From NCBI RefSeq assembly GCF_009914755.1, contig NC_060937.1: 64,000 bases of DNA. One strand, given 5' to 3'. Source of the stretch: the human T2T-CHM13v2.0 reference genome, Homo sapiens. The translations under genes were made by a program, and so were the position numbers. This document shows, one piece after another, positions 45,201 to 60,200 of the stretch. Below the pieces are notes generated by a model. The model was not told the DNA's origin. It worked only from the letters and a program-made list of their open reading frames with translations, and did not search any database. Positions within the stretch are counted from its first letter, which is position 1, and every line of letters starts with the position of its first letter.

Positions 45201-48200
45201 AAAACTGTGTAGTATATACTGTACATAAAATATCAAGGTACCCAAAATGTATATTGTAAACTGTAGATAAAATATCAAAGTACCCAAAATATATATTATA
45301 TGCTGTACATAAAATATGAAGGCTCATCCAATATATATTATATTCTGTACATAAAATATCAAAGTACACCAAATGTATATTATATACTGTACATAAAATA
45401 TCAAAGTACCCAAAGTGTATATTATATACTGTACATAAAATATGAAGGTTCATCAAATATATTTTATATTCTGCACATAATATATCAAAGTACAGCAAAT
45501 ATATATTATATACTGTACATAAAATATCAAAGTACCCATAGTATGTATTATATCCTGTACATAAAATATGAAAGTACGTCAATATATATTCTATTCTGCA
45601 CATAAAATATCATATTGCACCAAATATATATTGTATACTGTATATAAAATATGAAGGTACTTCAAATATATATTATATGCTGCACATAAAATATCAAAGT
45701 ACCCAAAGTATGCATTATATACTGTACATAAAATATCAAAGTACCCAAAGTGTATATTATATACTGTACATAAAATATGAAGGTTCATCAAATATATTTT
45801 ATATTCTGCACATAATATATCAAAGTACAGCAAATATATATTATATACTGTACATAAAATAACAAAGTAACAAAAATATGTATTATATACTGTACATAAA
45901 ATATGAAAGTAACCAAATATTTATAATAAACTGTATATAAAATATCAAAGTACTCAAACTACATATTATATACAGTATATAAAATATCAAAGTACCGAAA
46001 CTATATATTATATACTGTACATACTATATCAAAGTACACGAATATAGAGCATACTGTACATAAAATATCAAATTACCCAAAATATATATTGTATACTGTA
46101 CATAAAATATGAAGGTACATCAAAGATATATTATATTCTGTACATAAAATATCAAAGTACACCAAATATATATTATATGCTGTACAGAATATATTAAAGT
46201 CGACCAAATGTATATTATATAGTGTACATAAAATATGAAGGTACATCAAATATATATTATATGCTGCACATAAAATATCAAAGTACCCAAAGTATGTATT
46301 ATATACTGTACATAAAATATCAAAGTACCCAAAGTATATATTATATACTGTACATAAAATATAAAATACCCCAAATATATATTATATGCTGTACATAAAA
46401 TATCAAAGTACACAAAATATGCATTATGTACTGTACATAAATTATCAAAGGACCCAAAATATATATTATATAGTGTACATAAAATATCAAAATACCCAAA
46501 ATATATATTATATACTGTACATAAAATACCAAAGTACCCAAAGTATATATTATATACTGTATAAAAAATATCAAAGTAGCCAAAATATGTATTATACACT
46601 GTACATAATATATGAAAGTACCCAAACATTTATAATAAACTGTACATAAAATATCAATGTACTCAAATTATATATTATGTGCGGTACTTAAGATATCAAA
46701 GTACCCATACTATATAGTATGTACTGTACTTAAAATATCAAAATACCCAAAATATATATTATATACGTTACATAAACTATCAAATACACAAAGTATGTAT
46801 TACATACTGTACATAAAATAGCAAAGTTCCCAAAATATGTATTATATACTGTACATAAAATATGAAAGTAACCAACCATTTATAATAAACTCTACATAAA
46901 ATACCAAAGTACCCAAACTGTGTATTATATACTCTCCATAAAATAGCAAAGTACCCAAAATATATATTGTCAACTGTACATAAAATATCAAAGTAGCCAA
47001 AATATATATAGTATACCGTACATAAAATATAAAAGTACCCCAAATATGTATTATATACTGTACATAAAATATCAAAGTACCGATAATACATATTATATAC
47101 TGTACATAAAATATCAGAGGACCCAAAATAAACATTATATACTGTACATAAAATATCCAAATACTCAAAATATATATTACATACTGTACATAAAATATCA
47201 AAGTACCCAAATTATGTATTATATACTGTACATAAAATATCAGAGTACCCAAAATATGCATTATATACTGTACATAAAATATGAAAGTAACAAAACATTT
47301 ATAATAAACTGTACATAAAATATCAAAGTACTCAAACTATATATCATATACTGTACATAAAATATCAAAGTACCCAAACTGTGTATTATTATATACTGTA
47401 TATAAAATATCAAAGTACCTGAAATATATACTGTATACTGTACATAAAATATCAAAGTACCCAAAATATATACTATATACTGTACATAAAATATGAAGGT
47501 ACATCAAATATATATTATATCCTGTACATAAAATATCAAAGTACACCTATTATATATTGTGTACTGTACATAATATATTAAATCGCCCAAATATATATTG
47601 TATACTGTATATAAAATATGAAGGTACTTCAAATATATATTATATGCTGCACATAAAATATCAAAGTACCCAAACTATGCATTACATACTGTACATAAAA
47701 TATCAAAGTACACATATTATCTATTATATAATGTACATAAAATATGAAGGTTCATCAAATATATATTATATTCTGTACATAATATATCAAAGTACATCAA
47801 ATATATATTATATACTGTACATAAAATATCAAAGTACCAAAAATATGTATTATATACTGTACATAAAACATGAAAGTAACCAAACATTTATAATAAACTG
47901 TACTTAAAATATCAAAGTACTCAATCTACATATTATATACAGTATATAAAATATCAAAGTACACAAACTGTATATTATATACTGTACATAATATATCAAA
48001 GTACCCAGAATATATAGCATACTGTACTTAAAATATCAAAGTACCCAAAATATATATTGTATACTGTACATAAAATATGAAGGTACATCAAAGATATATT
48101 ATATTCTGTACATAAAATATCAAAGTACACCAAATATATATTATATGCTGTACATAATATATTAAAGTTGCCCATGCATACATTATATACTGTACATAAA

Positions 48201-51200
48201 ATATGAACGTACATCAAATATATAGTATATGCTGCACATAAAATATCAAAGTACCCAAAGTATGTATTATACACTGTACATAAAATATCAAAGTACCAAA
48301 AGTATATATTACATACTGTAAATAAAATATGAAGGTACCTCAAATATATATTATATTCTGTACATAAAATATCAAAGTACACCAAGTATATACTATATAC
48401 TCTGCATAAAATATTAAATTACCCAAAATATGTATTGCATTGTGTACATAAAATATGAAAGTAACCAAACATTTATAATAAACTGTACATAAAATATCAA
48501 AGTACTCAAACTGTATATTATATACTGTACATAAAGTATCAAAGTACCCAAACTGTGTAGTATATACTGTACATAAAATATCAAGGTACCCAAAATATAT
48601 ATTGTAAACTGTAGATAAAATATCAAAGTACCCAAAATATATATTATATACTGTACATAATATATGAAGGCACATCCAATATATATTATATTCTGTACAT
48701 AAAATATCAAAGTACACCAAATGTATATTATATACTGTACATAAAATATCAAAGTACCCAAAGTGTATATTATATACTGTACATAAAATATGAAGATTCA
48801 TCAAATATATTTTATATTCTGCACATAATATATCAAAGTACAGCAAATATATATTATATACTGTACATAAAATATCAAAGTACCCAAAATATGTATTATA
48901 TACTGTACATAAAATATGAAAGTAACCAAACATTTATAATAAACTGTACATAAAGTATCAAAGTACTCAAACTACATATTATATACAGTATATAAAATGT
49001 CAAAGTACCCAAACTGTATATTATATACTGTACATAATATATCAAAGTACCCGAATATATAGCATACTGTACATAAAATATCAAAGTACCCAAAGTGTGT
49101 ATTATACACTGCACATAAAATATGAAGGTACATAAAATATATATTGTATTCTGTACATAAAATATCAAAGTACTCCAAATATATATTATATGCTGTACAT
49201 AATATATTAAAGTCGCCCAAATATATATTATATACTGTACATAAAATATGAAGGTACATCAAATATATATTATATGCTGCACATAAAATATCAAAGTACC
49301 CAAAGTATGTGTTATATACTGTACATAAAATATCAAAGTACCCAAAGTATATATTATATACTGTACATAAAATATAAAATACCCCAAATATATATTATAT
49401 GCTGTACATAAAATATCAAAGTACACAAAATATGTATTATATACTGTACATAAAATACCAAAGGACCCAAAATATATATTATATACTGTACATAAAATAT
49501 CAAAATACCCAAAATATATATTATATACTGTACATAAAATACCAAAGTACCCAAAGTATATATTATATACCGTACAAAAAATATCAAAGTAGCCAAAATA
49601 TGTATTATACACTGTACATAATATATGAAAGTACCCAAACATTTATAATAAACTGTACATAAAATATCAATGTACTCAAACTATATATTATGTGCGGTAC
49701 ATAAGATATCAAATTACCCATACTATATAGTATATACTGCACTTAAAATATCAAAATACCCGAAATATATATTATATACGTTACATAAACTATCAAATAC
49801 ACAAAGTATGTATTATATACTGTACATAAAATAGCAAAGTTCCCAAAATATGTATTATATACTGTACATAAAATATGAAAGTACCCAACCATTTATAATA
49901 AACTCTACATAAAATACCAAAGTACCCAAACTGTGTATTATATACTGTCCATAAAATATCAAAGTACCCAAAATATATATTGTAAACTGTACATAAAATA
50001 TCAAAGTAGCCAAAATACATATTGTATACTGTACATAAAATATGAAAGTACCCCAAATATGTATTATATACTGTACATAAAATATCAAAGTACCCATAAT
50101 ACATATTATATACTGTACATAAAATATCAAAGGACCCAAAATAAACATTATATACTGTACATAAAATATCCAAATACTCAAAATATATATTACGTACTGT
50201 ACATAAAATATCAAAGTACCCAAATTATGTATTATATACTGTACGTAAAATATCAGAGTACCCAAAATATGCATTATATACTGTACATAAAATATGAAAG
50301 TAACAATACATTTATAATAAACTGTACATAAAATATCAAAGTACTCAAACTATATATCATATACTGTACATAAAATATCAAAGTACCCAAACTGTGTATT
50401 ATTATATACTGTATATAAAATATCAAAGTACCTGAAATATATACTGTATACTGTACATAAAATATCAAAGTACCCAAAATATATACTATATACTGTACAT
50501 AAAATATGAAGGTACATCAAATATATATTATATCCTGTACATAAAATATCAAAGTACACCTATTATATATTGTGTACTGTACATAATATATTAAATCGCC
50601 CAAATATATATTGTATACTGTATATAAAATATGAAGGTACTTCAAATATATATTATATGCTGCACATAAAATATCAAAGTACCCAAAGTATGCATTAAAC
50701 ACTGTACATAAAATATCAAAGTACACATATTATCTATTATATAATGTACATAAAATATGAAGGTTCATCAAATATATATTATATTCTGTACATAATATAT
50801 CAAAGTACATCAAATATATATTATATACTGTACATAAAATATCAAAGTACCAAAAATATGTATTATATACTGTACATAAAACATGAAAGTAACCAAACAT
50901 TTATAATAAACTGTACATAAAATATCAAAGTACTCAATCTACATATTATATACAGTATATAAAATATCAAAGTACACAAACTGTATATTATATACTGTAC
51001 ATAATATATCAAAGTACCCAGAATATATAGCATACTGTACATAAAATATCAAAGTACCCAAAATATATATTGTATACTGTACATAAAATATGAAGGTACA
51101 TCAAAGATATATTATATTCTGTACATAAAATATCAAACTACACCAAATATATATTATATGCTGTACATAATATATTAAAGTTGCCCATATATACATTATA

Positions 51201-54200
51201 TACTGTACATAAAATATGAACGTACATCAAATATATAGTATATGCTGCACATAAAATATCAAAGTACCCAAAGTATGTATTATACACTGTACATAAAATA
51301 TCAAAGTACCAAAAGTATATATTACATACTGTAAATAAAATATGAAGGTACCTCAAATATATATTATATTCTGTACATAAAATATCAAAGTACACCAAGT
51401 ATATACTATATACTCTGCATAAAATATTAAATTACCCAAAATATGTATTGCATTGTGTACATAAAATATGAAAGTAACCAAACATTTATAATAAACTGTA
51501 CATAAAATATCAAAGTACTCAAACTGTATATTATATACTGTACATAAAGTATCAAAGTACCCAAACTGTGTAGTATATACTGTACATAAAATATCAAGGT
51601 ACCCAAAATATATATTGTAAACTGTAGATAAAATATCAAAGTACCCAAAATATATATTATATACTGTACATAAAATATGAAGGCACATCCAATATATATT
51701 ATATTCTGTACATAATATATCAAAGTACACCAAATGTATATTATATACTGTACATAAAATATCAAAGTACCCAAAGTGTATATTATATACTGTACATAAA
51801 CTATGAAAGTTCATCAAATATATTTTATATTCTGCACATAATATATCAAAGTACAGCAAATATATATTATATACTGTACATAAAATATCAAAGTACCCAA
51901 AATATGTATTATATACTGTACATAAAATATGAAAGTAACCAAACATTTATAATAAACTGTACATAAAATATCAAAGTACTCAAACTGTATATTATATACT
52001 CTACATAAAGTATCAAAGTACCCAAACTGTGTAGTATATACTGTACATAAAATATCAAGGTACCCAAAATATATATTGTAAACTGTAGATAAAATATCAA
52101 AGTACCCAAAATATATATTATATACTGTACATGAAATATGAAGGCCCCTCCAATATATATTATACTCTGTACATAAAATATCAAAGTACACCAAATCTAT
52201 ATTATATACTGTACATAAAATATCAAAGTACCCAAAGTGTATATTATATACTGTACATAAACTATGAAGGTTCATCAAATATATTTTATATTCTGCACAT
52301 AATATATCAAAGTACAGCAAATATATATTATATACTGTACATAAAATATCAAAGTACCCAAATTATGTATTATATACTGTACATAAAATATGAAAGTAAG
52401 CAAACATTTATAATAAACTGTACATAAAGTATCAAAGTACTCAAACTACATATTATATACAGTATATAAAATATCAAAGTACCCAAACTGTATATTATAT
52501 AATGTACATAATATATCAAAGTACCCGAATATATAGCATACTCTACATAAAATATCAAAGTACCCAAAGTTTGTATTATACACTGCACAGAAAATATGGA
52601 GGTACATCAAAGATATATTATATTCTGTACATAAAATATCAAAGTACACCAAATATATGTTATATGCTGTACATAATATATTAAAGTCGACCAAATATAT
52701 ATTATATACTGTACATAAAATATGAAGGTACATCAAATATATATTATATGCTGCACATAAAATATCAAAGTACCCAAAGTATGTGTTATATACTGTACAT
52801 AAAATATCAAAGTACCCAAAGTATATATTATATACTGTACATAAAATATAAAATACCCCAAATATATATTATATGCTGTACATAAAATATCAAAGTACAC
52901 AAAATATGTATTATATACTGTACATAAAATACCAAAGGACCCAAAATATATATTATATACTGTACATAAAATATCAAAATACCCAAAATATATATTATAT
53001 ACTGTACATAAAATACCAAAGTACCCAAAGTATATATTATATACCGTACAAAAAATATCAAAGTAGCCAAAATATGTATTATACACTGTACATAATATAT
53101 GAAAGTACCCAAACATTTATAATAAACTGTACATAAAATATCAATGTACTCAAACTATATATTATGTGCGGTACATAAGATATCAAAGTACCCATACTAT
53201 ATAGTATATACTGTACTTAAAATATCAACATACCCAAAATATATATTATATACGTTACATAAACTATCAAATACACAAAGTATGTATTATATACTGTACA
53301 TAAAATAGCAAAGTTCCCAAAATATGTATTATATACTGTACATAAAATATGAAAGTACCCAACCATTTATAATAAAGTCTACATAAAATACCAAAGTACC
53401 CAAACTGTGTATTATATACTGTCCATAAAATATCAAAGGACCCAAAATATATATTGTAAACTCTACATAAAATATCAAAGTAGCCAAAATACATATTGTA
53501 TACTGTACATAAAATATAAAAGTACCCCAAATATGTATTATATACTGTACATAAAATATCAAAGTACCCATAATACATATTATATACTGTACATAAAATA
53601 TCAAAGGACCCAAAATAAACATTATATACTGTACATAAAATATCCAAATACTCAAAATATATATTACGTACTGTACATAAAATATCAAAGTACCCAAATT
53701 ATGTATTATATACTGTACGTAAAATATCAGAGTACCCAAAATATGCATTATATACTGTACATAAAATATGAAAGTAAGAATACATTTATAATAAACTGTA
53801 CATAAAATATCAAAGTACTCAAACTATATATCATATACTGTACATAAAATATCAAAGTACCCAAACTGTGTATTATTATATACTGTATATAAAATATCAA
53901 AGTACCTGAAATATATATTGTATACTGTACATAAAATATCAAAGTACCCAAAATATATACTATATACTGTACATAAAATATGAAGGTACATCAAATATAT
54001 ATTATATCCTGTACATAAAATATCAAAGTACACCTATTATATATTGTGTACTGTACATAATATATTAAATCGCCCAAATATATATTGTATACTGTATATA
54101 AAATATGAAGGTACTTCAAATATATATTATATGCTGCACATAAAATATCAAAGTACCCAAAGTATGCATTACATACTGTACATAAAATATCAAAGTACAC

Positions 54201-57200
54201 ATATTATCTATTATATAATGTACATAAAATATGAAGGTTCATCAAATATATATTATATTCTGTACATAATATATCAAAGTACATCAAATATATATTATAT
54301 ACTGTACATAAAATATCAAAGTACCAATAATATGTATTATATACTGTACATAAAACATGAAAGTAACCAAACATTTATAATAAACTGTACATAAAATATC
54401 AAAGTACTCAATCTACATATTATATACAGTATATAAAATATCAAAGTACACAAACTGTATATTATATACTGTACATAATATATCAAAGTACCCAGAATAT
54501 ATAGCATACTGTACATAAAATATCAAAGTACCCAAAATATATATTGTATACTGTACATTAAATATGAAGGTACATCAAAGATATATTATATTCTGTACAT
54601 AAAATATCAAACTACACCAAATATATATTATATGCTGTACATAATATATTAAAGTTGCCCATATATACATTATATACTGTACATAAAATATGAACGTACA
54701 TCAAATATATAGTATATGCTGCACATAAAATATCAAAGTACCCAAAGTATGTATTATACACTGTACATAAAATATCAAAGTACCAAAAGTATATATTACA
54801 TACTGTAAATAAAATATGAAGGTACCTCAAATATATATTATATTTTATACATAAAATATCAAAGTACACCAAGTATATACTATATATTCTGCATAAAATA
54901 TTAAATTACCCGAAATATGTATTGTATTGTGTACATAAAATATGAAAGTAACCAAACATTTATAATAAACTGTACATAAAATATCAAAGTACTCAAACTG
55001 TATATTATATACTGTACATAAAGTATCAAAGTACCCAAACTGTGTAGTATATACTGTACATAAAATATCAAGGTACCCAAAATATATATTGTAAACTGTA
55101 GATAAAATATCAAAGTACCCAAAATATATATTATATACTGTACATGAAATATGAAGGCACATCCAATATATATTATACTCTGTACATAAAATATCAAAGT
55201 ACACCAAATGTATATTATATACTGTACATAAAATATCAAAGTACCCAAAGTGTATATTATATACTGTACATAAACTATGAAGGTTCATCAAATATATTTT
55301 ATATTCTGCACATAATATATCAAAGTACAGCAAATATATATTATATACTGTACATAAAATATCAAAGTACCCAAAATATGTATTATATACTGTACATAAA
55401 ATATGAAAGTAAGCAAACATTTATAATAAACTGTACATAAAGTATCAAAGTACTCAAACTACATATTATATACAGTATATAAAATATCAAAGTACCCAAA
55501 CTGTATATTATATACTGTACATAATATATCAAAGTACCCGAATATATAGCATACTCTACATAAAATATCAAAGTACCCAAATTTTGTATTATACACTGCA
55601 CATAAAATATGAAGGTACATCAAAGATATATTATATTCTGTACATAAAATATCAAAGTACACCAAATATATATTATATGCTGTACATAATATATTAAAGT
55701 CGACCAAATATATATTATATACTGTACATAAAATATGAAGGTACATCAAATATATATTATATGCTGCACATAAAATATCAAAGTACCCAAAGTATGTGTT
55801 ATATACTGTACATAAAATATCAAAGTACCCAAAGTATATATTATATACTGTACATAAAATATAAAATACCCCAAATATATATTATATGCTGTACATAAAA
55901 TATCAAAGTACACAAAATATGTATTATATACTGTACATAAAATACCAAAGGACCCAAAATATATATTATATACTGTACATAAAATATCAAAATACCCAAA
56001 ATATATATTATATACTGTACATAAAATACCAAAGTACCCAAAGTATATATTAGATACCGTACAAAAAATATCAAAGTAGCCAAAATATGTATTATACACT
56101 GTACATAATATATGAAAGTACCCAAACATTTATAATAAACTGTACATAAAATATCAATGTACTCAAACTATATATTATGTGCGGTACATAAGATATCAAA
56201 GTACCCATACTATATAGTATATACTGTACTTAAAATATCAAAATACCCAAAATATATATTATATACGTTACATAAACTATCAAATACACAAAGTATGTAT
56301 TATATACTGTACATAAAATAGCAAAGTTCCCAAAATATGTATTATATACTGTACATAAAATATGAAAGTAGCCAACCATTTATAATAAAGTCTACATAAA
56401 ATACCAAAGTACCCAAACTGTGTATTATATACTGTCCATAAAATATCAAAGGACCCAAAATATATATTGTAAACTCTACATAAAATATCAAAGTAGCCAA
56501 AATACATATTGTATACTGTACATAAAATATAAAAGTACCCAAATATATATTATATACTGTACATAAAATATCAAAGTACCCATAATACATATTATACACT
56601 GTACATAAAATATCAAAGGACCCAAAATAAACATTATATACTGTACATAAAATCTCCAAATACTCAAAATATATATTACATACTGTACATAAAATATCAA
56701 AGTACCCAAATTATGTGTTATATACTGTACGTAAAATATCAGAGTACCCAAAATATGCATTATATACTGTACATAAAATATGAAATTAAAAAAACATTTA
56801 TAATAAACTGTACATAAAATATCAAAGTACTCAAACTATATATCATATACTGTACATAAAATATCAAAGTACCCAAACTGTGTATTATTATATACTGTAT
56901 ATAAAATATCAAAGTACCTGAAATATATATTGTATACTGTACATAAAATATCAAAGTACCCAAAATATATACTATATACTGTACATAAAATATGAAGGTA
57001 CATCAAATATATATTATATCCTGTACATAAAATATCAAAGTACACCTATTATATATTGTGTACTGCACATAATATATTAAATCGCCCAAATATATATTGT
57101 ATACTGTATATAAAATATGAAGGTACTTCAAATATATATTATATGCTGCACATAAAATATCAAAGTACCCAAAGTATGCATTACATACTGTACATAAAAT

Positions 57201-60200
57201 ATCAAATTACACAAATTATATATTATATTCTGTACATAAAATATGTAGGTTCTTCAAATATATTTTATATTCTGTACATAATATATCAAAGTACATCAAA
57301 TATATATTATATACGGTACATAAAATATCAAAGTACCCAAAATATGTATTAATTACTGTGCATAAAATATGAAAGTAACCAAACATTTATAATAAACTGT
57401 ACATAAAATATCAAACTACTCAATCTACATATTATATACAGTATATAAAATATCAAAGTACACAAACTGTATATTATATACTGTACATAATATATCAAAG
57501 TACCCAGAATATATAGCATACTGTACATACAATATCAAAGTACCCAGAATGTATATTGTATTCTGTACATAAAATATGAATGTACATCAAAGATATATTA
57601 TATTCTGTACATAAAATATCAAAGTACACCAAATATATATTATATGCTGTACATAATATATTAAAGTTGCCCATGCATACATTTTATACTGTACATAAAA
57701 TATGAAGGTACATCAAATATATAGTATATGCTGCACATAAAATATCAAAGTACCCAAAGTATGTATTATATACTGTACATAAAATATCAAAGTACCAAAA
57801 GTATATATTACCTACTGTAAATAAAATATGAAGATACCTCAAATATATATTATATTCTGTACATGAAATATCAAAGTACACCAAGTATATACTATATAGT
57901 CTACATAAAATATTAAATTACCCAAAATATGTATTGTATTGTGTACATAAAATATGAAAGTAACCAAACATTTATAATAAACTGTACATAAAATATCAAA
58001 GTACTCAAACTTTATATTATATACTGTACATAAAGTATCAAAGTACCCAAACTGTGTAGTATATACTGTACATAAAATATCAAGGTACCCAAAATGTATA
58101 TTGTAAACTGTAGATAAAATATCAAAGTACCCAAAATATATATTATATACTGTACATAAAATATGAAGGCTCATCCAATATATATTATATTCTGTACATA
58201 AAATATCAAAGTACACCAAATGTATATTATATACTGTACATAAAATATAAAACTACCCCAAATATATCTTATATACTCTACATAAAATATCAAAGTACCC
58301 AAAATATATATTATATACTGTACATAAAATATCAAAGTACCCATAGTATGTATTATATCCTGTACATAAAATATGAAGGTACATCAAATATATATTCTAT
58401 TCTGCACATAAAATATCATATTGCACCAAATATATATTGTATACTGTATATAAAATATGAAGGTACTTCAAATATATATTATATGCTGCACATAAAATAT
58501 CAAAGTACCCAAAGTATGCATTATATACTGTACATAAAATATCAAAGTACCCAAAGTGTATATTATATACTGTACATAAAATATGAAGGTTCATCAAATA
58601 TATTTTATATTCTGCACATAATATATCAAAGTACAGCAAATATATATTATATACTGTACATAAAATATCAAAGTACCCAAAATATGTATTATATACTGTA
58701 CATAAAATATGAAAGTAACCAAACATTTATAATAAACTGTACATAAAATATCAAAGTACTCAAACTACATATTATATACAATATATAAAATGTCAAAGTA
58801 CCCAAACTGTATATTATATACTGTACATAATATATCAAAGTACCCGAATATATAGCATACTGTACATAAAATATCAAAGTACCCAAAATATATATTGTAT
58901 ACTGTACATAAAATATGAAGGTACATCAAAGATATATTATATTCTGTACATAAAATATCAAAGTACACCAAATATATATTATATGCTGTACAGAATATAT
59001 TAAAGTCGACCAAATATATATTATATACTGTACATAAAATATGAAGGTACATCAAATATATATTATATGCTGCACATAAAATATCAAAGTACCCAAAGTA
59101 TGTATTATATACTGTACATAAAATATCAAAGTACCCAAAGTATATATTATATACTGTACATAAAATATAAAATACCCCAAATATATATTATATCCTGTAC
59201 ATAAAATATCAAAGTACCCAAAATATATATTGTAAATTGTACATAAAATATCAAAGTAGCCAAAATATATATTGTATACTGTACATAAAATATGAAGGTA
59301 CATCAAATATATATTATATCCTGTACATAAAATATCAAAGTACCCAAAATATATATTGTAAATTGTACATAAAATATCAAAGTAGCCAAAATATATATTG
59401 TATAGTGTACATAAAATATAAAAGTACCCCAAATATGTATTATATACTGTACATAAAATATCAAAGTACCGATAATACATATTATATACTGTACATAAAA
59501 TATCAAAGGACCCAAAATAAACATTATATACTGTACATAAAATATCCAAATACTCAAAATATATATTACATACTGTACATAAAATATCAAAGTACCCAAA
59601 TTATGTATTATATACTGTACGTAAAATATCAGAGTACCCAAAATATGCATTATATACTGTACATAAAATATGAAAGTAACAAAACATTTATAATAAACTG
59701 TACATAAAATATCAAAGTACTCAAACTATATATCATATACTGTACATAAAATATCAAAGTACCCAAACTGTATATTATTATATACTGTATATAAAATATC
59801 AAAGTACCTGAAATATATATTGTATACTGTACATAAAATATCAAAGTACCCAAAATATATACTATATACTGTACATAAAATATGAAGGTACATAAATATA
59901 TATTATATCCTGTACATAAAATATCAAAGTACACCTATTATATATTGTGTACTCTACATAATATATTAAGTCGCCCAAATATATATTGTATACTGTATAT
60001 AAAATATGAAGGTACTTCAAATATATATTATATGCTGCACATAAAATATCAAAGTACCCAAGGTATGCATTACATACTGTACATAAAATATCAAAGTACA
60101 CATATTATATATTATATAATATACATAAAATATGAAGGTTCATCAAATATATATTATATTCTGTACATAATATATCAAAGTACATCAAATATATATTATA

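Noticed and set aside
44992-45603. Longest ORF (203 aa) with an unusual N-terminus (MCRIEYILT)
   Set aside because: Created by a 1-bp deletion near 45580 and the chimeric monomer junction; the remainder is the standard repeat translation.
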